A stretch of DNA of 62,127 nucleotides, filler included, from Chiloscyllium plagiosum (Eukaryota): the NCBI RefSeq assembly GCF_004010195.1. It is 3 parts of one record of this genome, joined end to end, with 100 filler letters (N's around TTAATTAATTAA, not from the genome) between each part and the next. Parts side by side here need not be neighbours in the genome. Positions count along the whole stretch, not along the records: positions 1 to 18,614 come from NC_057715.1; 2 more parts are not named here. The stretch is one strand, 5' to 3'. The notes beneath the pieces were generated by a model, which had not been told where the DNA came from, ran no database searches, and saw only the letters and a list, made by a program, of their open reading frames with translations. The position numbers and the translations under genes are program-made. Within the stretch, counting starts at the first letter, position 1; every line of letters starts with the position of its first letter. Shown one piece after another: positions 1-12,562 of the stretch.

Positions 1-1903
1 TCAGTACTGACCCTCTGACAGTGCAGCACTCCCTCAGCACTGACCCTCTGACAGTGCAGCATTCCCTCAGTACTGACCCTCTGACAGTGCAGCACTCCCT
101 CAGTACTGACCCTCTGACAGTGCAGCACTCTCTCAGTACTGACTCTCTGACAGTGCAGCACTCCCTCAGTACTGACCCTCTGACAGTGCAGCACTCCCTC
201 AGTACTGACCCCCTGACAGTGCAGCACTCCCTCAGTAATGACCCTCTGACAGTGCAGCACTCCCTCAGTAATGTCCCTCTGATTGTGCAGCACTCCCTCA
301 GTACTGACCCTCTGACAGTGCAGCACTCCCTCAGTACTGACCCTATGACAGTGCAGCACTCCCTCAGTACTGACCCTCTGACAGTGCAGCATTCCTTCAG
401 TCCTGACCCTCTGACAGTGCAGCACTCCCTCAGTACTGACCCTCTGACAGTGCAGCACTCCCTCAGCACTGACCCTCTGACAGTGCAGCATTCCTTCAGT
501 ACTGACTTTCTGATAGTGCAGCACTCTCAGTAATGATCCTCTGACAGAGCAGCACTCCCTCAGTACTGACCCGCTGACAGTGCAGCACTCCCTCAGTATG
601 ACCCTCTGGCAATGCGGCACTCCCTCAGTATTGACCCTTTAACAGTGCAGCACTCCCTCAGTACTGACCCTCTGACAGTGCAGCACTCCCTCAGTACTGA
701 CCCTCTGACAGTACAGCACTCCCTCAGTACTGACCATCTGTGCAGCGATACCTCAGTAATGACCCTCTGACAGTGCAGCACTCCCTTAGTACTGTCCCTC
801 TGATTGTGCAGCACTCCCTCAGTACTGATCCTCTGACAGTGCAGCACTCCCTCAGTACTGACCCTCTGACAGTGCAGCACTCCCTCAGTACTGACACTCT
901 GACAATGCGGCACTCCCTCAGTAATGACCCTCTGTGAAGAGGTACCTTAGTAATGACCCTCTGACAGTGCAGCACTCCCAAAGTACTGTCCCTCTGATTG
1001 TGCAGCACTCCCTCAGTACTGACCCTCTGACAGTGCAGCACTCCCTCAGTACTGACCCTCTGACAGTGCAGCACCCCTCAGTACTCACCCTCTGACGGTG
1101 CAGCACTCCCTCAGCACTGACCCTCTGACAGTGCAGCACTCCCTCAGCACTGACCCTCTGACAGTGCAGCATTACTTCAGTACTGACTTCTGACAGTGCA
1201 GCACTCCCTCAGTATTGACCCTCTGACAGTGCAACACTCTCTCAGTACTGTCCCTCTGACAGTGCAGCACTCCCTCAGTACTGACCCTTTAACAGTGCAG
1301 CACTCCCTCAGTACTGACCCTCTGACAGTGCAGCACCCCGTCAGTACTGACCCTCTGACAGTACAGCACTCCCTCAGTACTGACACTCTGACAATGTGGC
1401 ACTCCCTCAGTATTGACCCTTTGACAGTGCCGCACTCCTTCAGTACTGACCCTCTGACAGTACTGCACTCCCTCAGTATTGACCCTCTGACAGTGTGGCA
1501 CTCCCTCAGTAATGACCCTCTGTGCAGAGATACCTCAGTAATGACCCTCTGACAGTGCAGCACTCCCTTAATACTGTCCCTCTGATTGTGCAGCACTCCC
1601 TCAGTACTGACCCTATGACAGTGCAGCACTCCCTCAGTACTGACCGTCTGACAGTGCAGCACTCCCTCAGTATTGACCCTCTGACAGTACAGCACTCCCT
1701 CAGTACTGACCCTCTGACAGCGCAGCATTCCTTCAGTACTGAACATCTGACAGTGCAGCACTCCCTCAGTACTGACCCTCTGACAGTGCAGCACTCCCTC
1801 AGCACTGACCCTCTTTGACAGTGCAGCATTCCTTCAGTACTAACCCTCTGACAGTGCAGCACTCCCTCAGTACTGATCCTCTGACAGTGCAGCACTCCCT
1901 CAG
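1..1903. repeat. 33-bp minisatellite array (CAGTGCAGCACTCCCTCAGTACTGACCCTCTGA)n
   Basis: Tandem 33-bp unit is directly visible and gives spurious TVQHSLSTDPL / VLRECCTVRGS ORFs. The array runs off the window start. Confidence 0.97.
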
Positions 1904-2914
1904 TAGTGTACTGTGTGTCTATCTGAATCATGGCTTCAGACTCTGGAACTTTTCTTGACCCCAAAACTGTCTGACTCTGGAATGACAGCGCTACTTATTA
2001 ATCAATAATTTGTATTTAGATAAAACTATTGAAAAGCCCATTCACAGAGACTGTGATTGAATATTGCACAGCACATATATCTGCTCAATGAACAATCACA
2101 GCCCACAATTGTAACGAGTCCTGCATAAAATCTGTGGCATGACCCAATTTAAATTTCCTATCCCTTTGTGCTAATTGTAAAGCTTAAATTCTCATCTCTC
2201 TAGCCTATCTTCAACATTGAATAAAAGAGCTATTTATGATTGTGACTGAGACTGTTCTTGTAGGCTGCCTCCAACCACCCTATCGCCGAGCCCAACCCCT
2301 AAACCTTCTCTAAAGATACACTTCGGTCCTAGCCCTGTCCTCCTTCTCCATCTGCCTTTGTATTGTCTCTGAGCTCAGCTTCTCTCGGATACCCATCTCC
2401 TGTCCCTGCAATCCTGTTCCCAGTACCTGTTATGAATGCTATTCCTCAACCAGTGACTTCATCCCTTTCCTTTACAACTGCCTGAAGCACTCCAGATTTC
2501 TCCCAGTTTTGCTGTTGTACCTGATCCCAGGACCATGACGTGCTTCCACCTCTGTAACATTGTCTATCAACTCTTCTCTCATCCATGGCTTTGTGTCCTC
2601 CAGACATGACTATTGCCCATCCAGATTTATCTGTAAAGCACAAACGACCTCCAAGCTGTTAAAAGTTCGAGCAAAGTAACACACACAAAGGTATATACAA
2701 TCCCGGAATTTACATTAAGCAACTCCCTTTTTTAACTAACAATGATGCTCAGAAACGCTCTCCAAGTCATTTCACTGTAAGCACCTTCAAGCGGCTGAAT
2801 CTTTTAAATTCGCACATCCTTAATAAAGTGTCCAAAATGAGCTATTGCCTGTACTCTTGTTAGAAACACCATTGTAATCATGCCTGTGGTGAGAAGTTCA
2901 AACAGTGACACTGG

Positions 2915-3050
2915 GGGCTCTTCTGGTGTAGTTATAGTGTCCTTACCTCTACACCAGGAGGTCTGGCTTCAAGCCCCACTTACTCCAGACCTGTGTAATA
3001 ACTTCTCAGTACAAGTTGATTGAGAAAAATACTTTTTAAACAGTGATAGT
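2915..3050 (+). mobile_element. short tRNA-derived SINE
   Basis: A-box-like TGGTGTAGTT and B-box-like GGCTTCAAGCCC. Related copies lie at 32110-32325 (-) and 61035-61146 (+). Confidence 0.6.
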
Positions 3051-3699
3051 TCTTGAGGGGAGTATGGGCACGTTCCTGGGATACTGTGACACAGCAGTCG
3101 TGTTCCTACCTCTGGAGTCAGGAGACCTGGCTCCAAGTTGCCAGCTGCCCTGGACATGTGACATAATATGACTGAATATATCTGTGGTGCTAACACTGTG
3201 CAGCAGTGTTTCAAGTCTGCACTCTCTGCCTGCTATAGAAGTGGCTATAAAACACCTCAGTATATTTCAGTCTTCAAACCACGATTATGAAAGCAAGTTA
3301 TTGCACCAGGAGCCATAACATATCCATGAGAAAGAAAGTGAACATCCATCAATTTTTTTCAAACATATAGCATTGATATTGACTATTACATATAAAAATA
3401 ACTGAAGGTTCTTTATCTTACATTTTCTTGTTTGATGCTCAGCACCACAAAAACATCTGGAGAACTTTGTGAACATTTAACCAATACTTCAAAAATATTC
3501 CTCAAAGCTTCAGTTATTTTTAAATAATAGTTAATGTCAATGAAGTTTGTATAAAGAAAGTTATTAGATGTTCACTGTATGTCTTTATTATGGTCTGGTT
3601 CCTGGTACAATAAATTGCTTTTATAATAGTGGTTTTAAGAGTAAAGTGCACTGAGATACTTTAAAGCTACGAGCATTGAAGTTAAACAATGAAACACAC

Positions 3700-4180
3700 T
3701 GTATTTGCATTTATACAGCATGACCTTGGGACATCACAATATACTACAGACACTGTGATGTAATGTAGGTAGCCAATATGTGTTCAGCACAACAGGGATG
3801 TGACGATGAGCAGATCAGCTGGATTTGTAAAATGACGCTGGTCAAGGGATAAATATTGGCCAGGATGCAAAAATCCTCCCCAAACTTGGCCATGGGCTCT
3901 TTTATATCCACTGAAGAAGGTATGATTTTCATTCTCATCTGAGCCTTACAACAGTGCAGTACGACCTTAGAAACACATTGGACAGTAAGTAGCCCGTTTC
4001 ATTGGGTTCACATCACTGGCACCTTAACCCAGAACCTTCCCAGTCGGACTGATCACCTGCTCAACTCCATATTCCCAGACTATCCCCATATCCCTCAAAG
4101 TCATTAGTAACTAGGAATCTGTCAATCTCTGTCCTGGTCTTATACTAATGACTGCTGCCCACTGAGCCACAGCTGACACC
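3700..4180 (-). mobile_element. degenerate DeuSINE (SacSINE1/AmnSINE1-like)
   Basis: Deu-domain-like stretch GGGATAAATATTGGCCAGGA, tail TTGCATTTATA, and head remnant CACTGAGCCACAGCTGACAC. Confidence 0.55.
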
Positions 4181-4522
4181 CAGATTAGCTCCTCTGTAGT
4201 AAACATCAGTGGGTAACAGATTTGATCCTTACACTGGAATAACATTTCTGGACTTCAAAACGTGCACAGTTCAATACAGTTTCAGTTTAATTAAACACAC
4301 ATATTGACAATAACAATTTTTAAAGAATGATAGAATTTACACTTTTCTTTTAGTTGTTATCTTTTAGCATAGGACAAACATTGTTAAATTCTACACTTAT
4401 TCCAGAAGGTTTTCATGATGTACAGCTTACAGCCTATGAATTTTATAACAATCTCCACACAGTGGCACACAATGGTCTGAACACAGAAATATTTACTACA
4501 CTGACAGAGTGCCTGATAGACT

Positions 4523-4674
4523 CTAATCTTCTCTCTTCACTGACGGGCATGAGTGGGACTGGATATTGGGATCCCTGTGACTGGCTTCATCCAGGTCAAT
4601 AATTTCATCATTAATCTTGACATCGAGGCATCCAGTAAAGGAGGCTGTGATAGGTGTGGATGTAAATGGAACAG
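4523..4674 (-). CDS. terminal coding exon of protein S/GAS6/SHBG-family LamG gene (AVPFTSTPITASFTGCLDVKINDEIIDLDEASHRDPNIQSHSCPSVKRED*)
   Basis: Acceptor ttttgcttgcag, phase 1 matching the previous exon, TAG at 4523-4525. The DLDEA...HSCP C-terminus is typical of PROS1/GAS6/SHBG. Confidence 0.92.
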
Positions 4675-5074
4675 CTGCAAGCAAAAATGAGACAACATTG
4701 TTAAAAACCAAAGGATCACAAATTATGGCATTTAAGTATGCAGGAATAGTAATCTATAAAAAATGCCCATGGCTTTTGAGTATTAGAATCAGCCTTTTAA
4801 ATCAACAGATAAATTCCCAGTGAATGCATTTAATTAGTAACTGGAAGAAGGGAAGGCCCCCCAAGTATCCCCATCCTCAATGATAGGGGAGCCCAGCTCA
4901 TCAGTGTCCAAACCAGCTTTGACCATAAATGCAGAGTGGACGATCCATCGTGACCTCCTCCTGAGGTCCTCAGCACCACAGGCAATTCAAATCTCTCCAT
5001 ATTATATTAAGAAAATAGCTGAAGGCACTGGATACAGCAATTGAATGGACCCACAGAACATATAATAACAGAAA

Positions 5075-6450
5075 AACATAGAAAAATAGGAACAGGTATA
5101 GGCAATACACTTCCTTCAGCCTGCCCCACCATTCTAGATCATAACTGATCATCTGCCTCAACTCCATATTCCCATACTATCACCATATCCCTCAATGTCA
5201 TTTGTAACTAGGAATCTGTCAATCTCTGTCTCGGTCTTATATTAATGACTGAATATCCACAGCCCTCTGGGGTGCAGGACTCCAATGATTCATCATCCTC
5301 TGAATGGAGAAGCTTCTCTTCATCTCACTCCTAAAAGGCTTGGTTTTTATTCTGAGATTCCCATAGTTCTAGACCCCACCAGTAAGGAAAGTATCCTTCT
5401 GCATTTACTTTATCTGTTCCTTCAAAGATTTCTATGTTGCTAATTAGACCAGCTCCCATTCTTCTCATCTCAAGCATATGTAGGTCCAGTCTCTCCAATG
5501 TCACCATCCCAGGAAGCAGCCTGGTGAACCCCTGTGCACACTGTCTACGATAATACTGTATATACTTTCACAGGCAGGGATTCCTGATACAACTGAAGCA
5601 AGACATTTTTGCCCCGTACTCAGATTTGATAAGGCTAACATAATGCTTGCCTTGGCAATTGCTTGCTGCATCTTCATGTTAGCTTTCAATGACCTCTGAA
5701 GAAGGACACCCATATGCCTTTGCATATCACACTATCCGAATCCACATCAGACAAGAAATACTCCAAACCTCCTTGCTCTCTACCAATGAAGACAACCTCC
5801 CATTTATCCAAATTATATTTGAATTGCCATGCTCTTACCTACTCACTCAATGTATTTAAACACCCAAAGTCCATCTGCATCCTTCTCATAATTGACATTT
5901 CCACTAAGATTTGTGCATACTTGGAAATATTATAATTGGTGTCTATGTCCAAATCATTGATATATATTGTGAACAGCTGTAACCTGATCATTATGGTACC
6001 CCACTGGTCACATCATGCCCATTGAGAATGACTCACATATTCCAAATTCCTACTTTTTGCTTGTTAACCAAACCATGCTAGCATATTACACATAATCCCA
6101 CGTGCTTTAATGTTATTTACTAATTTCCTCATTGGGAGGAAGTCGTCTGAAAATCCAAATACGATAAATCCATTGGTTCCCTACTATTCATTCTCAAAAA
6201 GCTTTATCAAGTTTGTCAAACACGATTGCCCTTTCATAAATTCAAGTTGACCCTGACCAATCCGACAATTTTTTTAAATATCCAGTAAACTCATCCTTAA
6301 TAAGAGGTTCTAATATTTTCCCTACATCTGATGTCAGATTAACAGGTCTACTTCACCCCCCCCCCCCCCCAAACTCCTCCCCCCCTCTCTCCTTTCTAAC
6401 ACTGGGATTACATTTGCAACCTTCCAATCTGGAGGCTCTATTTTCAAATT
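5075..6450 (-). mobile_element. old degenerate CR1 LINE 3' portion
   Basis: AACATAGAA-type tail near 5075 followed by decayed antisense RT-region sequence with many stops. Confidence 0.65.
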
Positions 6451-6559
6451 ATCAGAGTTTTGAAAAAAGATCAGCATCTATTATCTTGGCAGCTAGCTCT
6501 TAAATCTAGACAATTTTCAGTCTGTTGATATCTTGTAGTCCTGGATGAGCTTTGTCTGT

Positions 6560-7350
6560 ATCCAAGCTGCTCCAGTACAGCTACAATACTGCTACCTACC
6601 CGACAAAGTGGAAACTTGCCCAGGTACATCCGGTCCACAGAAAGCAGGCCAAATCCAAATCAGGCCAATCATTCCTGAAGAAGGGCTCATGCCCGAAACG
6701 TCCATTCTCCTGCTCCTTGGATGCTGCCTGACCTACTGCGCTTTTCCAGCAACACATTTTCAGCTCAAATCCAAATCAGCAAACTGTTGCCTTATCACCC
6801 TGCTCATTATCGGCAAGGTGATGGAAGGTGTCATTGATGGTGTTATCAATTAGTACTTACTCTGCAATACCCTACACACCAATGCTGAGTTTAGGTTCTG
6901 GACCACATAGATCCTGACCTTAATATCAGCTTTTGTACAAACATGGACAAAGCAGTTGAATTCATGAAATGGTATTAGCATGACTGCCCTTGATACTAAG
7001 GCAGAATTTGACTGGATAATGCATCAAGAAGCCGAAGCAATACTGGGAACCTGGGGAAAGTTTTCCACCAGTTCGAGTCATTTTCAGCACAAAGGAAGAT
7101 GGTTGTGGTTGTTGGAGGTCAGTCATCTCAGCTCCAAGACATTGTTGAAGGAGCTCCTCAGGGCAGTGTCCGAGGCTCAGCCACCTTCAGCTGCTTCATC
7201 AATGACTTTCCCTCCGTCATAAGTGGGTCTGTTTGCTCACAATTGCACAAAGTTCAGCACCATTCAGACTCCTCGGGTACTGATGTAGTTAGTGCCCATA
7301 TGCAGCATGACACAGACAACATCCAAGTTTGGGCTGATAAGTTTCAAGCT
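6560..7350 (+). mobile_element. second LINE family (CR1/L2 Jockey group) RT fragment
   Basis: Decayed RT motifs KAEFDWIMHQ and VVVVGGQSS...PQGSVRGSATFSCFINDFPS. Confidence 0.75.
6671..6765 (+). mobile_element. short Penelope terminal-repeat (pLTR) insertion with hammerhead motif
   Basis: Core CTGAAGAAGGGCTCATGCCCGAAACGTC. Flanked by direct repeat CAAATCCAAATCAG at 6650-6663 and 6766-6779. Confidence 0.75.
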
Positions 7351-7518
7351 AAATATATATATTATATATATAATATATATATTTAGCTTGAAACTTATCA
7401 GCCCAAACTTGGATGTTGTCTGTGTCATGCTGCATATGGGCACTAACTACATCAGTACCCGAGGAGTCTGAATGGTGCTGAACTTTGTGCAATTGTGAGC
7501 AAACAGACCCACTTATGA
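7217..7518. repeat. 302-bp palindrome centred on an (AT)n tract
   Basis: The arms are reverse complements about 7367/7368. It is followed by (GA)n and the N gap at 7547-8046. Confidence 0.9.
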
Positions 7519-8046
7519 GAGAGAGAGAGACAGAGAGACAGAGAGANNNNNNNNNNNNNNNNNNNNNNNNNNNNNNNNNNNNNNNNNNNNNNNNNNNNNN
7601 NNNNNNNNNNNNNNNNNNNNNNNNNNNNNNNNNNNNNNNNNNNNNNNNNNNNNNNNNNNNNNNNNNNNNNNNNNNNNNNNNNNNNNNNNNNNNNNNNNNN
7701 NNNNNNNNNNNNNNNNNNNNNNNNNNNNNNNNNNNNNNNNNNNNNNNNNNNNNNNNNNNNNNNNNNNNNNNNNNNNNNNNNNNNNNNNNNNNNNNNNNNN
7801 NNNNNNNNNNNNNNNNNNNNNNNNNNNNNNNNNNNNNNNNNNNNNNNNNNNNNNNNNNNNNNNNNNNNNNNNNNNNNNNNNNNNNNNNNNNNNNNNNNNN
7901 NNNNNNNNNNNNNNNNNNNNNNNNNNNNNNNNNNNNNNNNNNNNNNNNNNNNNNNNNNNNNNNNNNNNNNNNNNNNNNNNNNNNNNNNNNNNNNNNNNNN
8001 NNNNNNNNNNNNNNNNNNNNNNNNNNNNNNNNNNNNNNNNNNNNNN

Positions 8047-8324
8047 GATTTTCTGTGCACAAAGCTAAGCTGACTATCCCTAATCAGTCCTTGCCTTTCT
8101 AAATATATGTAAATCCTGTCCCTCTGGATTCCCTCCAACAACTTGCTGATCACCAACGTCAGGCCTAACAGTCTATAGTTCACTGGCTTATCCTTACCAC
8201 CCTTCTTAAATAGTGGCATTACGTTAGCCAACCTCCAGAATGCCAGCAATTATTTTCCTAGCTTTCCACAGAGTTCTAGGGTACATCTGATCAGGTCCTA
8301 GGGATTTATCCACCTTTATGCATT
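8047..8324 (-). mobile_element. HER1/CR1 LINE ORF2 fragment
   Basis: Translates WRLANVMPLFKKGGKDKPVNYR...YLERQGLIRDSQ. Confidence 0.9.
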
Positions 8325-8390
8325 ATGTGCCAGGAATCAACTTTTTGCAAAAGAGAATCTAACCATCACTTTCTCATGTTCAGTGACACA

Positions 8391-8700
8391 GGGTGGCATG
8401 GTGGCTCAGGGGTTAGCACTGCTGCCTCACAGCTGCAGGATCCCAGGTTCGATTCCAGCCTTGGGCGACTGTCTGTGTGGAGTTTGCACATTCTCCCCGT
8501 GTCTGCGTGGGTTTCCTCTAAGTGCTCCGGTTTCCACAGTCACAAAGATGTGCAGATCAGGTGAATTGGCCATGTTAAATTGCCCATAGTGTTAGGTGCA
8601 TTAGTCAGAGGGAAATGGGGCTGGGTGGGTTACTCTTTGGAGGGTCGCCGTGGACTGGTTGGGCCGAAGGGCCTGTTTCCACACTGTAGGGAATCTAATC
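8391..8700 (+). mobile_element. HE1-type V-SINE
   Basis: tRNA head GTGGCTCAG...GGTTCGATTCC, V-domain GGAGTTTGCACATTCTCCCCGTGTCTGCGTGGGTTTCC, and CR1-like tail GGGCCGAAGGGCCTGTTTCC. Confidence 0.9.
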
Positions 8701-9221
8701 ATTACTATCACACTGAGTTCTCTACCATCAACATCCTAGGAGATATCACTGGCCAAACACTAAATGAGACCAGCAATATATATACAGTGGTTACAAGAAC
8801 AGATGAGAGACAGGGAATTCTGTGGCAAGTAATTCATCTCCTGTGATTCCAATCAATGACTGTTCACCATCTATAAAGCACAACGCAGGACAATGACTAA
8901 ATTAGTGATGCCCACATTTGGGGAATGAAGAGAAAAGTTCTGAAACTGCTTCCTTAACAGCACTGTGGGTATACATGCACCATGGGGACCATACAGTTCC
9001 AGAAACAGCTTCACCACAACCTCCTCCTGGGAATGCCTGGAAATAATGGGACTTGCCAGCAATGCCCACATCAGTGAAGGAACAGAAAATCAGTCAATTC
9101 AAAGCAATATGCGTTCACTTCATGAGGGTTGTTTAAGGTTCTGAAAGTGATGAGATTCCTGAGATTCGATTATTATCATTTGCAAAGTTTCACCTTGGAT
9201 CCTGTGTGAAAGGTGAAGCAT

Positions 9222-9425
9222 CAGGATAAAGTGAGGACTGCAGATGCTGGAGATCAGATTCAAGAGAGTGTGGCGCTGGAAAAGCACAGCAGTTCAGGCA
9301 GCAGCCTGAGGAGCAAGACAATTGTCATTTCGGGCATTAGCCTCAAGGGCTTATGCCTGAAACGTCGATTCCCCTGCTCCTTGGATGCTGACTGACCTGC
9401 TGTGCTTTTCCAGCACCACACTCTC
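9222..9425. mobile_element. fold-back Penelope pLTR-derived insertion
   Basis: Two opposed pLTR segments (GAGAGTGTGGCGCTGGAAAAGCACAGCAG ... CTGCTGTGCTTTTCCAGCACCACACTCTC). AAAGGTGA direct repeat at 9209 and 9426. Confidence 0.7.
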
Positions 9426-9886
9426 AAAGGTGAGGTATTGCCTGGAACTGGTTTAGATCACACTGGCATACTGATCCCAACTTTCTGTTCATCACCATCA
9501 GAACAGGAGAAAGCCATTCAGCTTATTGAGCCTGTTCCATGATCCCGTCAATTCATGGCTGATCTTCCACCTCAAATCCACCCCATGACTACATCTCATA
9601 ATTCCCTCACAGCCAAACATCTGTCAATCTCAGTCTTGAACATATTCAATAGCTATGCATTCCCAATCCTCTAGGGTAGAACATCCCAAAGGTTAACAAC
9701 TCTTTGAGTGAAGAAATGTCTCCTTAACTCAGTCTGAGATGACCAATCCTTTATTCTGAGATTGTGTCTCTCCATCCAGTGTTTCTGTGTGCTTGTGTGT
9801 CAGCCTTTTTGGAAAGAGGAGTATTGAGAAAATGTACTCCCTGGTGTCGAAAGGTAGCAGATTCCATTTGTCTGCACTTTTGTTAC

Positions 9887-10118
9887 CTGGTATACCTCCC
9901 AATGTCGTATTGACTGTTTCCTGCATGGCTTGATCCAAAAAGACCAATTGCTTTTTCAGCTCCGAGTTGCTCAAGTGGCTTTTGTGAGTAACTTCATCTA
10001 CCGTCCACAGGAAGTCTTCAGCGGTTATGGTGAGATTCACCGAGTGACGCTCACCATCGCAGAAGCTAAACCCCTCAGCTTGAGACACTGTCCGGTTGCC
10101 TATAGTCAGAAGGAGATC
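9887..10118 (-). CDS. internal exon of protein S/GAS6/SHBG-family gene (DLLLTIGNRTVSQAEGFSFCDGERH...QLVFLDQAMQETVNTTLGGIP)
   Basis: Acceptor ccttccttag, donor G|gtaaca, 232 bp, phase 0 to 1. Resembles protein S QDILLS...QLAVLDKAMKAKVATYLGGLP. Confidence 0.92.
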
Positions 10119-10659
10119 CTAAGGAAGGATAAAGAAATGAATTCAGAGGTCAAGAACTTCTACCTCTCTCAGCTTACATTACACTAAGAACAAGGAATCA
10201 GTGAGTAGAGATTGGACAGCAAGATGTTCAAGAACAGAGAATGCACATTGAGGAGAGGCCCAGTGTTAGAGGAATAAGTGAGGAGTGACAAAAAGTTGTT
10301 AAAGACAGGAGGGAGCAAGGGCTCAGGATGTCATGAAGATCAAAAGGACCAACAACACAAAATGTTATGAAAGCAAGCTTCCATGTCTTGTAATTGGTGC
10401 ACTGCAACATGCGATGCTTATGATCATGGGGTTAGAGTCCATCCATATTAATAAGAGCCAGTAAAGGTTTGGGACACTGTTACAGGACAGAACCTCACCC
10501 ACCCCAAACCACTTTGGGCTTCTCATGTCCTTTCCAGAGCTGAGGAATGGGTTAATTAAAGGTTGTGCCTCTGCAGAAAGGATCTTGATGTTACCAATCA
10601 GCTGGGCATCTAGCAATGCAGCATATGCAATTTTCCTTCTGAATTGCACTGCATCTCAC

Positions 10660-11489
10660 CCTCAGTACTGATCCTCCGACAGTGCATTACTCCCTTAGTA
10701 CTGACCTTCTGACAGTGCTGCACTCTCACATTACCAACCCTCTGACAGTGCAGCACTCCCTCAGCACTGACCTTCTGACAATGCAGTACTCCCTCAGTAC
10801 TGACCCTCAGACAGTACAGAACTCCCTCAGTACTGAATGTCTGACAGTGCAGCACACCCTCAGTACTGACCCTCTGACAGTGCAGCACTCCCTCAGTACT
10901 GACCCTCTGACAGTGCAGCACTCCCTCAGCACTGACCTTCTGACAGTGCAGTACTCCCTCAGTACTGACCCTCTGACAGTACAGAACTCCCTCAGTACTG
11001 AACCTCTGACAGTGCAGCACACCCTCAGTACTGACCCTCTGACAGTGCATCACTCCCTCAGTACTGACCCTCTGACAGGGCAGCATTCCTCCAATACCGA
11101 CCCCCTGACAGTGCAGCACTCCCTCAGCACTGACTCTCTGATAGTGCATTACTCCCTCAGTACTGTCCCCCTGACAGTGCAGCACTCCCTCAGCACTGAC
11201 CCTCTGACAGTGCAGCGCTCCCTCAGTACTGACCCTCTGACAGTGCAGCACTCCCTCAGTACTGACCCTCTGACAGTGCAACACTCCCTCGGTACTGTCC
11301 CTCTGACAGTGCAGCATTCCCTCAGTACTGACCCTCTGACAGTGCAGCACACCCTCAGTACTGACCTTCTGACAGTGCAGCACTCCCTCAGTACTGATCC
11401 TCTGACAGTGCAGCACTCCCTCAATACTGACCCTCTGACAGTACAGTACTCACTCAGTACTGACCCTCTGACAGCACAGTACTCCCTCA
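10660..11489. repeat. 33-bp minisatellite array (intronic)
   Basis: Same unit as 1-1903. It runs directly into a DeuSINE head remnant at about 11490-11590. Confidence 0.95.
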
Positions 11490-11945
11490 AGATTACATGG
11501 AGTCACTTTGAGCTAGAGTTTTTGCTTGCTTCTGGAGTGAGAATTGAAACCAAAACCTTTTGGTTTGGAGGAATTAATGTTACCTGTTTGTGAGTTTAGC
11601 CATTCTTCAAATAAGTCTCAGTATGTGGGCATCACTGAACCTCCCTGGCACTATAGATGGTGAGGTGCCTCATTGAACACAAGGAGTCATTTTGATACAA
11701 TTGCTAGCTCCTTTCAGAGGTCAGTTAGGATTCAATCACATTGGTGTAGGAGTGAACTCACAAAAAGGCCTGGATTGGGTAAGTCAACAGATTCCGTCCC
11801 TAGAAGACAGCAAATGAAGCTGTCAGCCTTCGTGCCCATGTTTTTCACACATGAGTTTTATTTCTTCAGATTTAAAGGATGAGTTGAGATTTTAAAGGTG
11901 TTGCCATCCAGTCCTAGAAACAATAATGTGACTAAAGTAAATTAC

Positions 11946-12106
11946 CTGCTTTTTGCCTATTGGCATTGAGTTGGAGTAAGTTAAGGCAAGTGACAAAGGG
12001 ACATCCTCTCCCCTGACCAGAGCAAATAACACACCAGTATCTTTTGATGGTAGCATATGGAGATTCAGCTTAATTTCCCAACCTCCAGAAGGACCTTCTG
12101 TCATAT
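11946..12106 (-). CDS. internal exon of protein S/GAS6/SHBG-family gene (NMTEGPSGGWEIKLNLHMLPSKDTGVLFALVRGEDVPLSLAL...KKQ)
   Basis: Acceptor gttctttcag, donor CAG|gtaatt, 161 bp, phase 1 to 0. DTGVLFAL and VPLS are LamG2 motifs. Confidence 0.92.
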
Positions 12107-12562
12107 CTGAAAGAACATTGAATAGAGAGGCACTGTTTTAGAAAGAAGAAATACATTGTTTTGATTTCACAGATTTTGCAAACCTAAAAGTTACTACTGC
12201 ATCTCTTTCACTTCTCAATGAAGGTATACAGCCCAGAATCAGACCCTTCAGTCCAACTCGTCCATTGCGACCACGTTTCCTAAACTGAACTCGGCCCATT
12301 TGGCATATCCTCCTAAACCTTTCCGATCCATGTACCTGTCCAAACATCTGTTAAATGTTGCAATTGCAACTAATGGGCAGTGCATTCCAGATCACAACAA
12401 TGGTGCGAGATTAAATTGGAATATCTGGTTGGTATTGATGAGTTGGACTGAAGGGTCTGTTTCTTTGCTGTACATCTCTATGATTCTTAACTCACTGTGT
12501 AAACAAATTCTCCTTTTCTCCCCAACTGGCTCTTTTGCCTATCAACTTTAATGTGTGTTGTC

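Noticed and set aside
1..1903. CRISPR-like array (33-bp repeats)
   Set aside because: The units are head-to-tail with no unique spacers, there are no cas genes, and the context is eukaryotic.
1..1964. Long repetitive ORFs (TVQHSLSTDPL, VLHCQRVSTEG, VLRECCTVRGS), also at 10610-11593, 15825-16745 and 23807-24139
   Set aside because: These are a by-product of a 33-bp unit (a multiple of 3) that lacks stops in several frames. The arrays have frame-breaking indels and some are intronic.
7349..8249. Long ORFs spanning N runs (also 12695-13396 and 33507-34184)
   Set aside because: Their length is inflated by gap characters, and the real residues are LINE-derived.
8391..8465. tRNA gene-like A/B boxes here and at other SINE heads
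   Set aside because: They continue into SINE bodies and tails, so they are not stand-alone tRNA genes.
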